In this document: in pieces, positions 50,071 to 59,118 of the stretch
How positions within the stretch are numbered: position 1 is the first letter of the stretch
Layout: each line of letters begins with the position of its first letter
The notes under the pieces: generated by a model
Seen by the model: the letters and a program-made list of their open reading frames with translations, nothing else
Databases searched by the model: none
Told to the model about the DNA's origin: nothing
Origin: a phage
Reading direction: 5' to 3' (one strand)
NCBI GenBank assembly: GCA_024613925.1
Contig: GCA_024613925.1_4713.1
Length of the DNA: 64,000 nucleotides
Translations under genes and position numbers: made by a program

Positions 50071-50855
50071 TCGTCAATATCTCCTTCCACAAACAGAGTC
50101 AATTTGATTTCAGGGTCATAGAACATGGTAATCACATCATCTTGCTCTACTGAACGCTGTGCTGTCCATATTAACTGTTCATCCCGAATATCAAATTTAT
50201 GTCGTTCGTCACTCACCACAGCTTCCGCATCAACGTAGTGGTAAACATCACCGAGAGGATTCTCAATCCAGCCGCGTACCATCAAACGTTCTTTTTGTTT
50301 ACGTGTAAAGAAGCGATAAGGATCTTCGCACGTGCGCCACACGTCCCCGTTCTCGTTAACCAACTCATCATAAACTTTAGAGAGTTCGTCGGGTACCGGA
50401 ATCAAAATGTTATCTTGATAGTTCGACCAGAAACAACGTACATCTTGGATCAACTCATCGCCTGGGAGTTTAGTCGCTATGTTACTATAATCGATTTCAA
50501 CAGTATCGATATCAGGACGGGTAAACGGAAGAGCGTCTAGGTTTCCCACCATGACCTCGATACTATCATGATGAACACGAATCCATCCATCGAACCATCT
50601 GTACCCATCAGCTTGATATAACGTTGTGTGATAAGTGACGACGTTAATATCCTCGAACGATTCTAATAAGGCTTTAGCGGCTAAAAGCGGCGAAAAGTTC
50701 TTTGATTGTCCTGGTTTACGTATTTCTTCTTTGATGAACAATTTACCAAGCGCCGGGTGTTCGATAACAAAACCACAGGAGAGCATGATGCTTCCTTGAT
50801 AACGTGCTTCTTGCATTTTCCATTCCTTAAACAAAGTGTGTCTTTTACGCGACAT
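50067..50855 (-). CDS. Hypothetical protein
   Basis: 262-aa ORF. Confidence 0.5.
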   Translation of the reverse strand: MSRKRHTLFKEWKMQEARYQGSIMLSCGFVIEHPALGKLFIKEEIRKPGQSKNFSPLLAAKALLESFEDINVVTYHTTLYQADGYRWFDGWIRVHHDSIEVMVGNLDALPFTRPDIDTVEIDYSNIATKLPGDELIQDVRCFWSNYQDNILIPVPDELSKVYDELVNENGDVWRTCEDPYRFFTRKQKERLMVRGWIENPLGDVYHYVDAEAVVSDERHKFDIRDEQLIWTAQRSVEQDDVITMFYDPEIKLTLFVEGDIDE

Positions 50856-50892
50856 GATTACTAGTACACAGGTTACTGAATTTCTGTAAAAG

Positions 50893-51393
50893 TTAATGTT
50901 TGTTCTTTACGAACTCTATCGCCTCCAGAATACCAGCGTTTAATCGTTGACCGCGTTCCTCCATTGTCCCGCCATCGCGATGTTTGAAATTAACCGAGTG
51001 GATATCCCAAGCCCAGTAATGTGTCTCCGGCGTGTCGTCTTCTTTGGTGGGATCGCTCAATCTGTTAACCCCAATTCGCCAAATATAATCAGCGGGTTGT
51101 CGTCGTAAGCATTCACCTATAGCGTCTATATAAGACAACCCTTCGGTCGTCACAGCGACGACAACGTGTGGGTGTTTTTTGACTTCTTTGGTTGTTTGTT
51201 TGCCGTCCAATGTCACGCTGATCTTTTGAATTTCGTGTCCTTCGCACGACCATATCGGTGCAATACCTGGCGCATCTAACAACGCCTGGCATGCGGGTAA
51301 TATACCAGGTTCAATGACTCCTTCCTTGATAGCCATCCGTGCGCGTTCTTTGAATATCGCTAATTGTTCTTCGGTGACAACAAAAGAAAACAT
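50893..51393 (-). CDS. Hypothetical protein
   Basis: Start moved to ATG at 51393 (MFSFVV) with AAGGAG 6 nt upstream. Confidence 0.5.
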   Translation of the reverse strand: MFSFVVTEEQLAIFKERARMAIKEGVIEPGILPACQALLDAPGIAPIWSCEGHEIQKISVTLDGKQTTKEVKKHPHVVVAVTTEGLSYIDAIGECLRRQPADYIWRIGVNRLSDPTKEDDTPETHYWAWDIHSVNFKHRDGGTMEERGQRLNAGILEAIEFVKNKH

Positions 51394-51465
51394 AATTACT
51401 CCTTTCTGGTTCTTCCCCTCCACAGCTTCAGGAAGAGAAGAACCGTTTGTTACGTTGCTAAGTAA

Positions 51466-51723
51466 TTAAAAGGCGTTGATTGGATTGTTCAATGCTTTAT
51501 CGCGGATTTGAATTGCTGCTCGCATTGCTTTCTGATACGAATCGTAAGCATCAACAGAAACCGTCATATCAACCAATTTCTCTAATACGGATTCAGCCGC
51601 TTTTACGCGGATGCGGAACTTGGTGATGGCGTTATCTTTGTTACGATAAACCGTGATATGGTGCAGCGGTTGAACGTTAGTTTTATTTGTTTTAACGGAT
51701 TTAGTTGCTTTGATCGTTTTCAT
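51466..51723 (-). CDS. Small basic hypothetical protein
   Basis: 85-aa ORF. Confidence 0.45.
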   Translation of the reverse strand: MKTIKATKSVKTNKTNVQPLHHITVYRNKDNAITKFRIRVKAAESVLEKLVDMTVSVDAYDSYQKAMRAAIQIRDKALNNPINAF

Positions 51724-51777
51724 GATGATTTCCTTCTTTATTAGGATAATTACGTTTTAGTCAGTTTAACAGCATAA

Positions 51778-51803
51778 ACCCTTCCTGCGTAAGGCAGGAA
51801 GGG
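51778..51803 (-). terminator. GC-rich hairpin with AGCATAAA flank
   Basis: CCCTTCCTGC gtaa GCAGGAAGGG, perfect 10-bp stem. Confidence 0.4.
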
Positions 51804-51817
51804 CATACGGATTTGTT

Positions 51818-52315
51818 TTACGTGTGTCGTCGTTTACCAAAGAAAATGTGGCTGTCTACCACGGTGATATTGGTAGCATGTTTTCTGAAATGTTTAGGGC
51901 GAAGATGTTTCGTGTTAAAGAATACGGCTCCTCGTGTTGGGTCGGCTTTATGGTAAGCCGCAATGTCAGTATAACGTAATGTTGCGACCTCTCGTGCTAT
52001 TGCTCTTGCTCGCTCAAAAGCAGCATGATCGCGTATGATAATACGCCTTTGTTTTGTCCAGGGGAATTGACCTCTTTGCAGTACGACGTCTTTGACGTTC
52101 GTAGGGAATCGGTAGTCCATAGATCGATTATGTATTAAAAACGCCACGGAGTATTGCCCTTTTACAGATTCGCCTCTGGCTTCCATATACACGGCGCATG
52201 CGACGATCTCTTTCCGGCAATCGATTCTAGGTCCTGCGTTCACTGATGCTTGACTGAACGGTGTGATAAGCAACATAACAAGCCCTAAAATCAACGTGTG
52301 TAAAATACCTTGCAT
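51818..52315 (-). CDS. Putative endolysin, SleB/CwlJ-type cell-wall hydrolase with N-terminal signal or signal-anchor sequence
   Basis: CAVYMEARGESVKGQYSVAFLIHNRSMDYRFPTNVKDVVLQRGQFPW matches the YxEARGE...NR...FP...QF signature of Hydrolase_2; hydrophobic N-terminus MQGILHTLILGLVMLLITPFSQA. Confidence 0.6.
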   Translation of the reverse strand: MQGILHTLILGLVMLLITPFSQASVNAGPRIDCRKEIVACAVYMEARGESVKGQYSVAFLIHNRSMDYRFPTNVKDVVLQRGQFPWTKQRRIIIRDHAAFERARAIAREVATLRYTDIAAYHKADPTRGAVFFNTKHLRPKHFRKHATNITVVDSHIFFGKRRHT

Positions 52316-52567
52316 CTTAATAACCTCACGATAAGGTGCTGTCCACTGGCGTCTTGATAACGCATCCCGTCATCGGGTTGTTCTATTCAGCGGGCAGCAG
52401 GTTAGCGTCAGATGTTTGCCCGACATCCACGACAGAAATAAACGGTACTGAAAATACGGTCTCCTCTGGTTTGGCAATAAACATAACGTTGGATAACAGA
52501 ACCCATTTCCCGCATCCAACGCGGTAAAGGTGTACATCGTTTGAATTCATATAGTTTCTCAAAGATG

Positions 52568-52879
52568 TTAACCTCTACCGTCGAGCCATAGGTTGTATTT
52601 ATCCCGAACATACGGATCGCGATAAATACGTCGATAGACTTGATGTGGTATAAACTCGCAATGTACGAGTTCGTCGCTTAATTTATGACGTCGTTCCATA
52701 ACGTTGTGAATACGACGTATCTCCCGGATATTAAAGGTTGTTTTATTCAAGAGAATAGACATAATGGCGGATCGATGATCCAGATTAAAGATCGCCATCA
52801 CGCTTCGTATCTCGCGTAAAACAACTTCCCTATCGACAAGGATGCGATTAGTTAACTTAAGATTCTCCGTGATACCCAT
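52568..52879 (-). CDS. Hypothetical protein (uncertain)
   Basis: Track ORF 52568..53050 trimmed to ATG at 52879 because its N-terminal part overlaps the better-supported membrane-protein gene. Confidence 0.3.
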   Translation of the reverse strand: MGITENLKLTNRILVDREVVLREIRSVMAIFNLDHRSAIMSILLNKTTFNIREIRRIHNVMERRHKLSDELVHCEFIPHQVYRRIYRDPYVRDKYNLWLDGRG

Positions 52880-53249
52880 AACCTTCATCCTCGACACGTC
52901 GACACCTCGGTAAAAATAAACACCAGCTTGTTGCACTGAGGATCGCCGTTGCGATGATACTTGCGATATCACCCAGTCGAGCATCGACCTGCCACATAAC
53001 AAGCATAAAAAGCCACATAACAAGCATAAAAAGAACGTACGCGAACCCATACACGATAAACCGTTTGATGTTGCGCGTCGACCCCGTACAAATATACAAA
53101 AGGGGAAGCTGCCCTATAACACAAACGATGGTTCGGATAACGTAATAAACGCGTTCCGTCGTTGTTTCAAAATCGATATTCGTTGCAGAAATCCCGATCA
53201 TTATAAAAGTGAAAAAGAAATAGATTTTTGCGTATGTCTTTAAACTCAT
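52857..53249 (-). CDS. Multi-pass membrane protein (lysis-associated candidate)
   Basis: 130 aa with about four hydrophobic segments; contains the in-frame duplication FMLVMWL FMLVMWQ. Confidence 0.5.
   Translation of the reverse strand: MSLKTYAKIYFFFTFIMIGISATNIDFETTTERVYYVIRTIVCVIGQLPLLYICTGSTRNIKRFIVYGFAYVLFMLVMWLFMLVMWQVDARLGDIASIIATAILSATSWCLFLPRCRRVEDEGYGYHGES
52991..53032. repeat. Perfect 21-bp tandem direct repeat, two copies
   Basis: GCCACATAACAAGCATAAAAA twice, read directly from the sequence. Confidence 0.9.
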
Positions 53250-53265
53250 GGCTTTTCCCGATCGT

Positions 53266-53460
53266 TTATTTGTGTTTTCCTACATTCCTCAACAAGGTAA
53301 CGATAACGAATACCGCTATCATCAAGAAGACGAACCATAACCCTACGTTAATTCGAGCAGCAGGTTCATCGACCATGAAGAACATCATCCCACAAAACCC
53401 AATGACCATCCATGCTAGAACCATCCCCGTTAATCCCCGTAGTAGCATATGTCCCATCAT
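53266..53460 (-). CDS. Small two-helix membrane protein (holin-like candidate)
   Basis: Start moved to ATG at 53460 (MMGHMLLRGL) with AGAAGGAG ribosome-binding site; two hydrophobic stretches. Confidence 0.45.
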   Translation of the reverse strand: MMGHMLLRGLTGMVLAWMVIGFCGMMFFMVDEPAARINVGLWFVFLMIAVFVIVTLLRNVGKHK

Positions 53461-53861
53461 GAACTCCTTCTTACTTTTTCTGATAAAGCGATGATTCAAA
53501 TTTTAGAAACATCCCTAATGCGAATGCGAGTAATATCGCACGTACCCACATACCTCCTTGACAACTGTTGTACAACATAAAGACCAGAGCGATGCCGCCC
53601 ATATGCAGGCGGCACTTATCGAACAGTGTTGGTTTATACATAAGAGATCAATCGTTGAATGATTTTTACTTTGCCTTTACCTGGACCTTTCTTGCGGCGA
53701 TTCAACAGACGGATACTGTTTCCAGTTACGGTGTCGCCATCATAATCAGCCTGGAACTGTGATAAAAAAGCAGGCTGTATCGGATCGACACCAGGATTGC
53801 TATAGAAAGGATTGAGACTTAAAAGAGGATTAGCTGGAATCATCGTATTGTCCTTACTCAA

Positions 53862-54212
53862 TTATTTACCCAGATAGAGGTATTCACCACCCTGAACAAC
53901 CCCGGTTGCTGGATCAACAAGTATACGAACCCGCGCGTAGGTCTTGAAAGAGGGGTTGAAAACTTCGAAGTCTGCCACTTTCAATTTCACGCTGGGGTTG
54001 GTAGGGTTCTTAACTCCGGGAAGTTCTTTCGGGGTACCAAAATCAACACCACATTCTTCAAGGTCTGCTGGTGTCATGCTCTCCATGGCCATGTAGATTG
54101 CTTTTGCTTTATCGTAAACTTCTGGGCTATCCAGCAACCCAGCCTGTGCTGAACCGACAACACTACCGAACAGAATAGCAATAGCAACAAACAATTTAGT
54201 TAACGTTTTCAT
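53862..54212 (-). CDS. Secreted or periplasmic protein with signal peptide
   Basis: MKTLTKLFVAIAILFGSVVGSAQA then mature region; GAGGA ribosome-binding site. Confidence 0.55.
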   Translation of the reverse strand: MKTLTKLFVAIAILFGSVVGSAQAGLLDSPEVYDKAKAIYMAMESMTPADLEECGVDFGTPKELPGVKNPTNPSVKLKVADFEVFNPSFKTYARVRILVDPATGVVQGGEYLYLGK

Positions 54213-54248
54213 GATATTTTCCTCGAAAGTAAAATGTTACAATACCTA

Positions 54249-54671
54249 TTAACGTACGGCCGCTACGCTGTTAGCGCATGCCTGAATATCATCGGTATTT
54301 ACGATGATGGTTTCGTTAAACGCACGAATACGCGCACGACGTGCTTCTTTAAGGCTGGCGATTGCGCTAGCAGCTTGATCTGTATTCGCAAGGCTAATAA
54401 CCGGGATCAAACGCATGTCAGGACTGCAGATATTCAATGCTTGGTATACACGCCCATTGATTCCTACGGTATCAGACATCGGATAGTGCGCGCTGCATTG
54501 AAATTGACCCATGACAACAAGCGAACGATCGGAGATACCAATCTGATAACGCCCGTCTTCGCTGTAGGCGTAGCAGTTATTCCCACGAGCCATCCAGTTA
54601 GCCTGTGCTTGCGTGCTAACAAAAGCCAGAGTGGTAACGATAGCGAATACGATATTTTTGAGCAGTTTCAT
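54249..54671 (-). CDS. Secreted protein with signal peptide
   Basis: Start moved to ATG at 54671 (MKLLKNIVFAIVTTLAFVSTQAQA) with GAGGA ribosome-binding site; four Cys in the mature part. Confidence 0.55.
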   Translation of the reverse strand: MKLLKNIVFAIVTTLAFVSTQAQANWMARGNNCYAYSEDGRYQIGISDRSLVVMGQFQCSAHYPMSDTVGINGRVYQALNICSPDMRLIPVISLANTDQAASAIASLKEARRARIRAFNETIIVNTDDIQACANSVAAVR

Positions 54672-54729
54672 GATAAAGATCCTCGTTGAAATAAAATCGG
54701 TATAAAGGCCCCCATTTAGGGGGACCTGA

Positions 54730-55047
54730 TTAGTTTGCACGTAAGAAATGACCCAGAACCGTTACGATTGGAAACAGTCCTGTAACAGTACCATCGCCCG
54801 AAAACATCATCATTGTTCCGTTAACGGTGATGAAACGGATGTCGGTTGCGGACCCATCGATAGCGACAAAACGCATCGAGTTCGGTGGAAGGTCCTCAAC
54901 CACTTCCACGAGATACTCGCGATTATCAAAGGCTTCTTTAACACGACGCATGAAACGAATCAATGTTCCTTCAGCGTCGGCTTCCAAATGGCCTAAGATA
55001 TCGCGATTATTACGAACAGCGAATACAGCCATTTTAAACATACACAT
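54730..55047 (-). CDS. Small hypothetical protein
   Basis: 105-aa ORF; shares promoter and leader with gene 25853..26278. Confidence 0.45.
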   Translation of the reverse strand: MCMFKMAVFAVRNNRDILGHLEADAEGTLIRFMRRVKEAFDNREYLVEVVEDLPPNSMRFVAIDGSATDIRFITVNGTMMMFSGDGTVTGLFPIVTVLGHFLRAN

Positions 55048-55058
55048 CTTGACATCCT

Positions 55059-55088
55059 TTTATATTGGATTGATTGCTAATAATTCAA
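55059..55088 (-). promoter_or_regulatory. Sigma70-like promoter candidate (TTGAAT, 18-nt spacer, TATAAA) with conserved leader
   Basis: Leader GCAATCAATCCAATATAAAAGGATGTC repeated at 26280-26306; preceded by hairpin GGTGAAGC..GCTTCACC. Confidence 0.3.
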
Positions 55089-55155
55089 GGTGAAGCTGAT
55101 TACTGCATTGCTTCACCTAAGTAATATAGCCGTGAAAATTAATGTATTAACCCAT

Positions 55156-56112
55156 TCACGCTTTTGCTAAGTAGGGTTGGATCTCATTAATCCGTTTAAC
55201 CACAACCTCAGGGAAAAGTTTGAGTATTTCATCAGGTGGTATCGCACCTTCTGTCCAACGATAGCGTTCAACCATCTCGATGCGTGGACTCCCTCCGACG
55301 TCAGCGATACGAAAGATGCAGGCGATGCCTAAATCGAAACATACGCTGTATATATCTTCCGTGCCTCCTTTATCAGCAAGTATTTTCGCAAAATGCTCGT
55401 TATCGGGAAGAATGGCTAAATTACGGATACACCAAACATTATTCCCCATTTCTTCAAGTTTTGGGTAGGTTAAAGTGTGCCCGTATTGTGTCAACCATCG
55501 ATGATTTTCGAGGTAGAAGTCCTTATCCCCTGGCCGATAACCCAGTATCACTCCCGTGTAGAAGAGATTGGGCATATCGAGCAGTTCTTGAATCGTTGGA
55601 CCCGTATGCTCCCAAAGACAGATTTGTTTACGGTCTATATCGTAATCTGTGACGTTACTCACCTCCCAACTTATCGTAAGTTCGTCGACAACGTGCCAAC
55701 CTAAAGCATGTTCGCCACCAAGCAGATTAACAATGGCTGATATTTCATACTTGTCAAATACGCCTAAATTACGCGGTGGTTGCATCGTACGTAATGGCTC
55801 CCACAGCACACTGTAATCATAGAGCAAATGGCGACATAAACTTTTTGTTAGCGGTGTCTGTTCGGTGAACAGCGGAAGAATTACCGTATCTAACAGTGGA
55901 CGTAATGGATGGTTGTCAGGTGGTAGAGGAGAAACCAGACGACCTCCTTCTTTGGGGTAATCGAGACCAAACCCGTAACGCTCCGAAATGAGCGCAATCA
56001 ACACTTTTGCTACGCGGTTACGTAGCATGCGATGGATATCATCACTGTAACTGAATTTCGGTTTATTACCGCAAACGAAGGTGAAGTATCTGGGCGTTAG
56101 CACAGCCATCAT
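55156..56112 (-). CDS. Hypothetical protein
   Basis: 318-aa ORF. Confidence 0.55.
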   Translation of the reverse strand: MMAVLTPRYFTFVCGNKPKFSYSDDIHRMLRNRVAKVLIALISERYGFGLDYPKEGGRLVSPLPPDNHPLRPLLDTVILPLFTEQTPLTKSLCRHLLYDYSVLWEPLRTMQPPRNLGVFDKYEISAIVNLLGGEHALGWHVVDELTISWEVSNVTDYDIDRKQICLWEHTGPTIQELLDMPNLFYTGVILGYRPGDKDFYLENHRWLTQYGHTLTYPKLEEMGNNVWCIRNLAILPDNEHFAKILADKGGTEDIYSVCFDLGIACIFRIADVGGSPRIEMVERYRWTEGAIPPDEILKLFPEVVVKRINEIQPYLAKA

Positions 56113-56119
56113 CTTTCCC

Positions 56120-56566
56120 TCAATCTAAATAGTACGTGATGGATAGGTCTTTTCCATCGAATACGATATCCGTGCAATCGTGGATCGTCGGTAATACCAT
56201 TTTTGCCGCTATTGGGACGTACGCCTGCAGCTCCACGAAGTTATTCATGCGGAACGCACGACGTACCATCAGCGGTGTTAGTGTAAACGTTACGCTAACG
56301 TTACCGCTTGGGAGCAGGTGCATTATCGCATGCCCGTGATCGCACCAGCAATGGTTTTCGATCCATCCGGTGTAAATCAGAATGTCTTTATCTTCGTCGT
56401 AATAAGCAATGCCGGTCTGCTTTAAGTGGCTGGTAAATCGAGAGGCTTGCTCGTAGCCTGCACGCAACATTCGAGCAACCAGTCGAGTATTGTTAGCGAT
56501 TCGATTCTGTTCGTTGGTTTTTGTGGTTTTGAAAATTTCGATACGTTCTGCTTTTGTAATTTGCAT
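56120..56566 (-). CDS. Hypothetical protein with His/Cys cluster (NHCWCDHGHAIMH)
   Basis: 148-aa ORF. Confidence 0.5.
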   Translation of the reverse strand: MQITKAERIEIFKTTKTNEQNRIANNTRLVARMLRAGYEQASRFTSHLKQTGIAYYDEDKDILIYTGWIENHCWCDHGHAIMHLLPSGNVSVTFTLTPLMVRRAFRMNNFVELQAYVPIAAKMVLPTIHDCTDIVFDGKDLSITYYLD

Positions 56567-56571
56567 GATTA

Positions 56572-56985
56572 CTAACCTAATGAATTGCGTTTAAATAATT
56601 GGATGTATGGGGTACCAAATAAAGGGCTATATGAATGTATTCGGTTCTCCTCCGATTCGTAATACTCGATAGGCCACGATATTGGTTTAGGTAGACGATC
56701 TAATGCTTGCAACACAGCAAGTTTAACATCATTACTTTCGATCGGATACGGAAGTACCGTCGACGAACAGAACACACGTGTTCGATGTAAATAAATGAGA
56801 TGCTGCTGTAGCTTAGACAAACGCCTACGTTTGATTAAGAAACCGATTACGCGGCAATCGGGGTGATCGTAGTGATAACGTGCGCTATCGAAATAAACCT
56901 GTTCTCCTCTAACAATGAGGTACTTTATTGCACGTATGAAAGAGTAACGGCGTAATTCTCCATTAGCCAACATAACACGAATCAT
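56572..56985 (-). CDS. Hypothetical protein
   Basis: 137-aa ORF. Confidence 0.5.
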   Translation of the reverse strand: MIRVMLANGELRRYSFIRAIKYLIVRGEQVYFDSARYHYDHPDCRVIGFLIKRRRLSKLQQHLIYLHRTRVFCSSTVLPYPIESNDVKLAVLQALDRLPKPISWPIEYYESEENRIHSYSPLFGTPYIQLFKRNSLG

Positions 56986-57584
56986 TACTTAGGTTCCAGT
57001 GTTGGTCCAAACAACCAGAATGTCAGGCGCTGATAGACCTGCTCAACGACTGCGGCTTCTGTTTGCTCTTCCAGTGCTTTCCCTTTCTTATGTTGTATTT
57101 CTGGCGGGATGTCTCCGCTGTAAACATACTCTGTTGAGAAGTCCCACGCCAACCGTTTACCGAAAGTGGGTAAGAACACCTCTTCGAATCGGAACGCTTT
57201 CGAATTCCAATGAAGTAGCTGATCGGATTCAACATGTAAAGCTTTATTACGTTTGCTTGGCACGTTTCCGAAGTACTGAACGATAGCTGATTTCATAACC
57301 CGATCTGCGAAGTCTTTGGCTTCGGCCTCATCGAGGGGAGGCAGACGATGCGACAGATTCAGCTTGCGTTGTTCAACATCGATCTTACGCATCGCTTTAA
57401 TCAAATCACCAGGAACGATTTTACCTTTATGTCCTTCCTGTCGATGTACGAAACACCCCTGGAATAACACGCAAAGCTCTTGAGGCGCGCTGCTTTCCAT
57501 TCGTCCGTAAGCAACGATCACCGATCGACGACGATCGATAACTTCGCGGATAAACCGCGGCTCAGTAATACTCACCACTGTCAT
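56985..57584 (-). CDS. Hypothetical protein
   Basis: 199-aa ORF with GAGGG ribosome-binding site. Confidence 0.5.
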   Translation of the reverse strand: MTVVSITEPRFIREVIDRRRSVIVAYGRMESSAPQELCVLFQGCFVHRQEGHKGKIVPGDLIKAMRKIDVEQRKLNLSHRLPPLDEAEAKDFADRVMKSAIVQYFGNVPSKRNKALHVESDQLLHWNSKAFRFEEVFLPTFGKRLAWDFSTEYVYSGDIPPEIQHKKGKALEEQTEAAVVEQVYQRLTFWLFGPTLEPK

Positions 57585-57629
57585 TTAAAGCCCTCTTTAT
57601 CTTTTTTCCATTTCTCTTTACATAACCAC

Positions 57630-58301
57630 TTAAGACGTTGCCATCTTATCTTCCAGAGACTTCTTCGGTAAACCATGGATAACTCCTTCCGGGGTTAAGA
57701 ACACGCAGTCTGGATTCTGCGTTCGTGAACGGTCGTCTGGACTGTTCAACGAAAACAACAACGCAGAAATACCTTTTGTCCGGTTTAACGTCGCTACGAT
57801 CACGTCAAGCTGCCGTAGCGCATCCGATACGGTTCGATGCGGAACGATTCGTGACTGTTTGAAGCTGGCTAACCGCCAAGTCTCGAACAAACAACGCAGT
57901 TTAAACACGTCGGACGGAATAGCTGTAGATCCCTGTTCGATAACCTCAACCCGATCCGCTTCAGGATAACCTACAGCAACCGCACTAAAGTGTCTTACCC
58001 CATTATGAAAATCATCGATAGACGCTTCAGCGTATTTACATACCGTACCAGAAACGACCATCACTTTTGCTAAACCGCGATAATTGATCGTTAACGGAAT
58101 ACGAAATACGCGTAAAGCATGTTCCGGATTTAATGAGACGTCATTCACTTTCGCAGATACCAGCGCACCTCGTTCATATCGAGCTTTGAACGGCAGTCCA
58201 TTATAAACGGGATTGATCACAACGCCCCCTGGGGAGGCGTTAGCGTTAAGATGAATGTTAAGCCAATCGGATACTTCCTGTCTGCTGGTTACGATTAACA
58301 T
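57630..58301 (-). CDS. Hypothetical protein
   Basis: Start moved to ATG at 58301 (MLIVTSRQ) with GGAGGA ribosome-binding site. Confidence 0.5.
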   Translation of the reverse strand: MLIVTSRQEVSDWLNIHLNANASPGGVVINPVYNGLPFKARYERGALVSAKVNDVSLNPEHALRVFRIPLTINYRGLAKVMVVSGTVCKYAEASIDDFHNGVRHFSAVAVGYPEADRVEVIEQGSTAIPSDVFKLRCLFETWRLASFKQSRIVPHRTVSDALRQLDVIVATLNRTKGISALLFSLNSPDDRSRTQNPDCVFLTPEGVIHGLPKKSLEDKMATS

Positions 58302-58326
58302 AAAACGGTCCTCCATTTCTTTTCCT

Positions 58327-58977
58327 TCATTCATGGCGCATATCTTCCAAATCATCCTTTTGTTTTGTAAATTCTGATTGCTTGCGATAAACCGTCCATG
58401 AGTCGTATATACCGTAAAAGTTCAAATGACGTGCATTTAAGTTCACAGTAAATTCTTCCACAGAGGCAAAATCAGAACGAAGCATCGAATGGAAGGTGTC
58501 GTCTCCGGTACAGCCTCCGTATCCTTCACCCTGATAGACCAAAAGCTGGTGAGGTTGGATACGTGCGGTAACCAATGCCGCTTGTGGTTTGTCGTAAGGC
58601 GGCCACGACAGTAAAATAACGTCGTACTGTGAAAGATCGATGTTTGTATAGTCGGCTTGCTGGATATCATCGATAAACGGATGGGGATGTACTGTAACAT
58701 CGTACGCGGTAATATCCTCCACGCCGAGTTTGCGTAACACGTATGTCAGGTAACCTGTCCCACAACCCAAGTCAGCGACACGTCGTCCGTAACAGATGTT
58801 CGCCAACTGGAGCGCGGTATCCATGGTTAACAACGACCATCCGACATGCTGAGTATATTCTTCACGCACAATCCATTGTTGATGGTGCGTCATCGGTTCT
58901 AAGATAGCAGCAAGCTGCTGGTACGGCAACGGCATTTTGGTTTCGCCTTGCGTGAGTAATGCGATAACATCGTTCAT
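58327..58977 (-). CDS. SAM-dependent methyltransferase with PPY-type motif (amino-methyltransferase candidate)
   Basis: Motif I VADLGCGTGYLT; LLSWPPY about 50 aa downstream; start moved to ATG at 58977 (MNDVIALL) with AAGGAA ribosome-binding site. Confidence 0.6.
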   Translation of the reverse strand: MNDVIALLTQGETKMPLPYQQLAAILEPMTHHQQWIVREEYTQHVGWSLLTMDTALQLANICYGRRVADLGCGTGYLTYVLRKLGVEDITAYDVTVHPHPFIDDIQQADYTNIDLSQYDVILLSWPPYDKPQAALVTARIQPHQLLVYQGEGYGGCTGDDTFHSMLRSDFASVEEFTVNLNARHLNFYGIYDSWTVYRKQSEFTKQKDDLEDMRHE

Positions 58978-59118
58978 TCTGTTTCCTTTTATCGGCATAA
59001 GCCCTCCCGGCATGGGAGGGTACAATTATTCATTTATGTGGGTAAAGGTGTGGATCGGCGGCCGTTGAGGCGATAACGCAATAGAACGGCCGTTCATTAA
59101 TAACTACGGTTTTGATGT

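Noticed and set aside
52568-53050. 160-aa minus ORF starting MGSRTFFLCLLCGFLCLLCG
   Set aside because: Its N-terminal third is an alternative-frame reading of the tandem repeat inside membrane gene 52857..53249; only the part from the internal ATG at 52879 was kept, at low confidence
53471-53641. 56-aa minus ORF with one hydrophobic helix (MYKPTLFDKCRLHMGG..)
   Set aside because: No ribosome-binding site, below the track size cutoff, and overlaps the extended start of 53266..53499; may be real but unsupported
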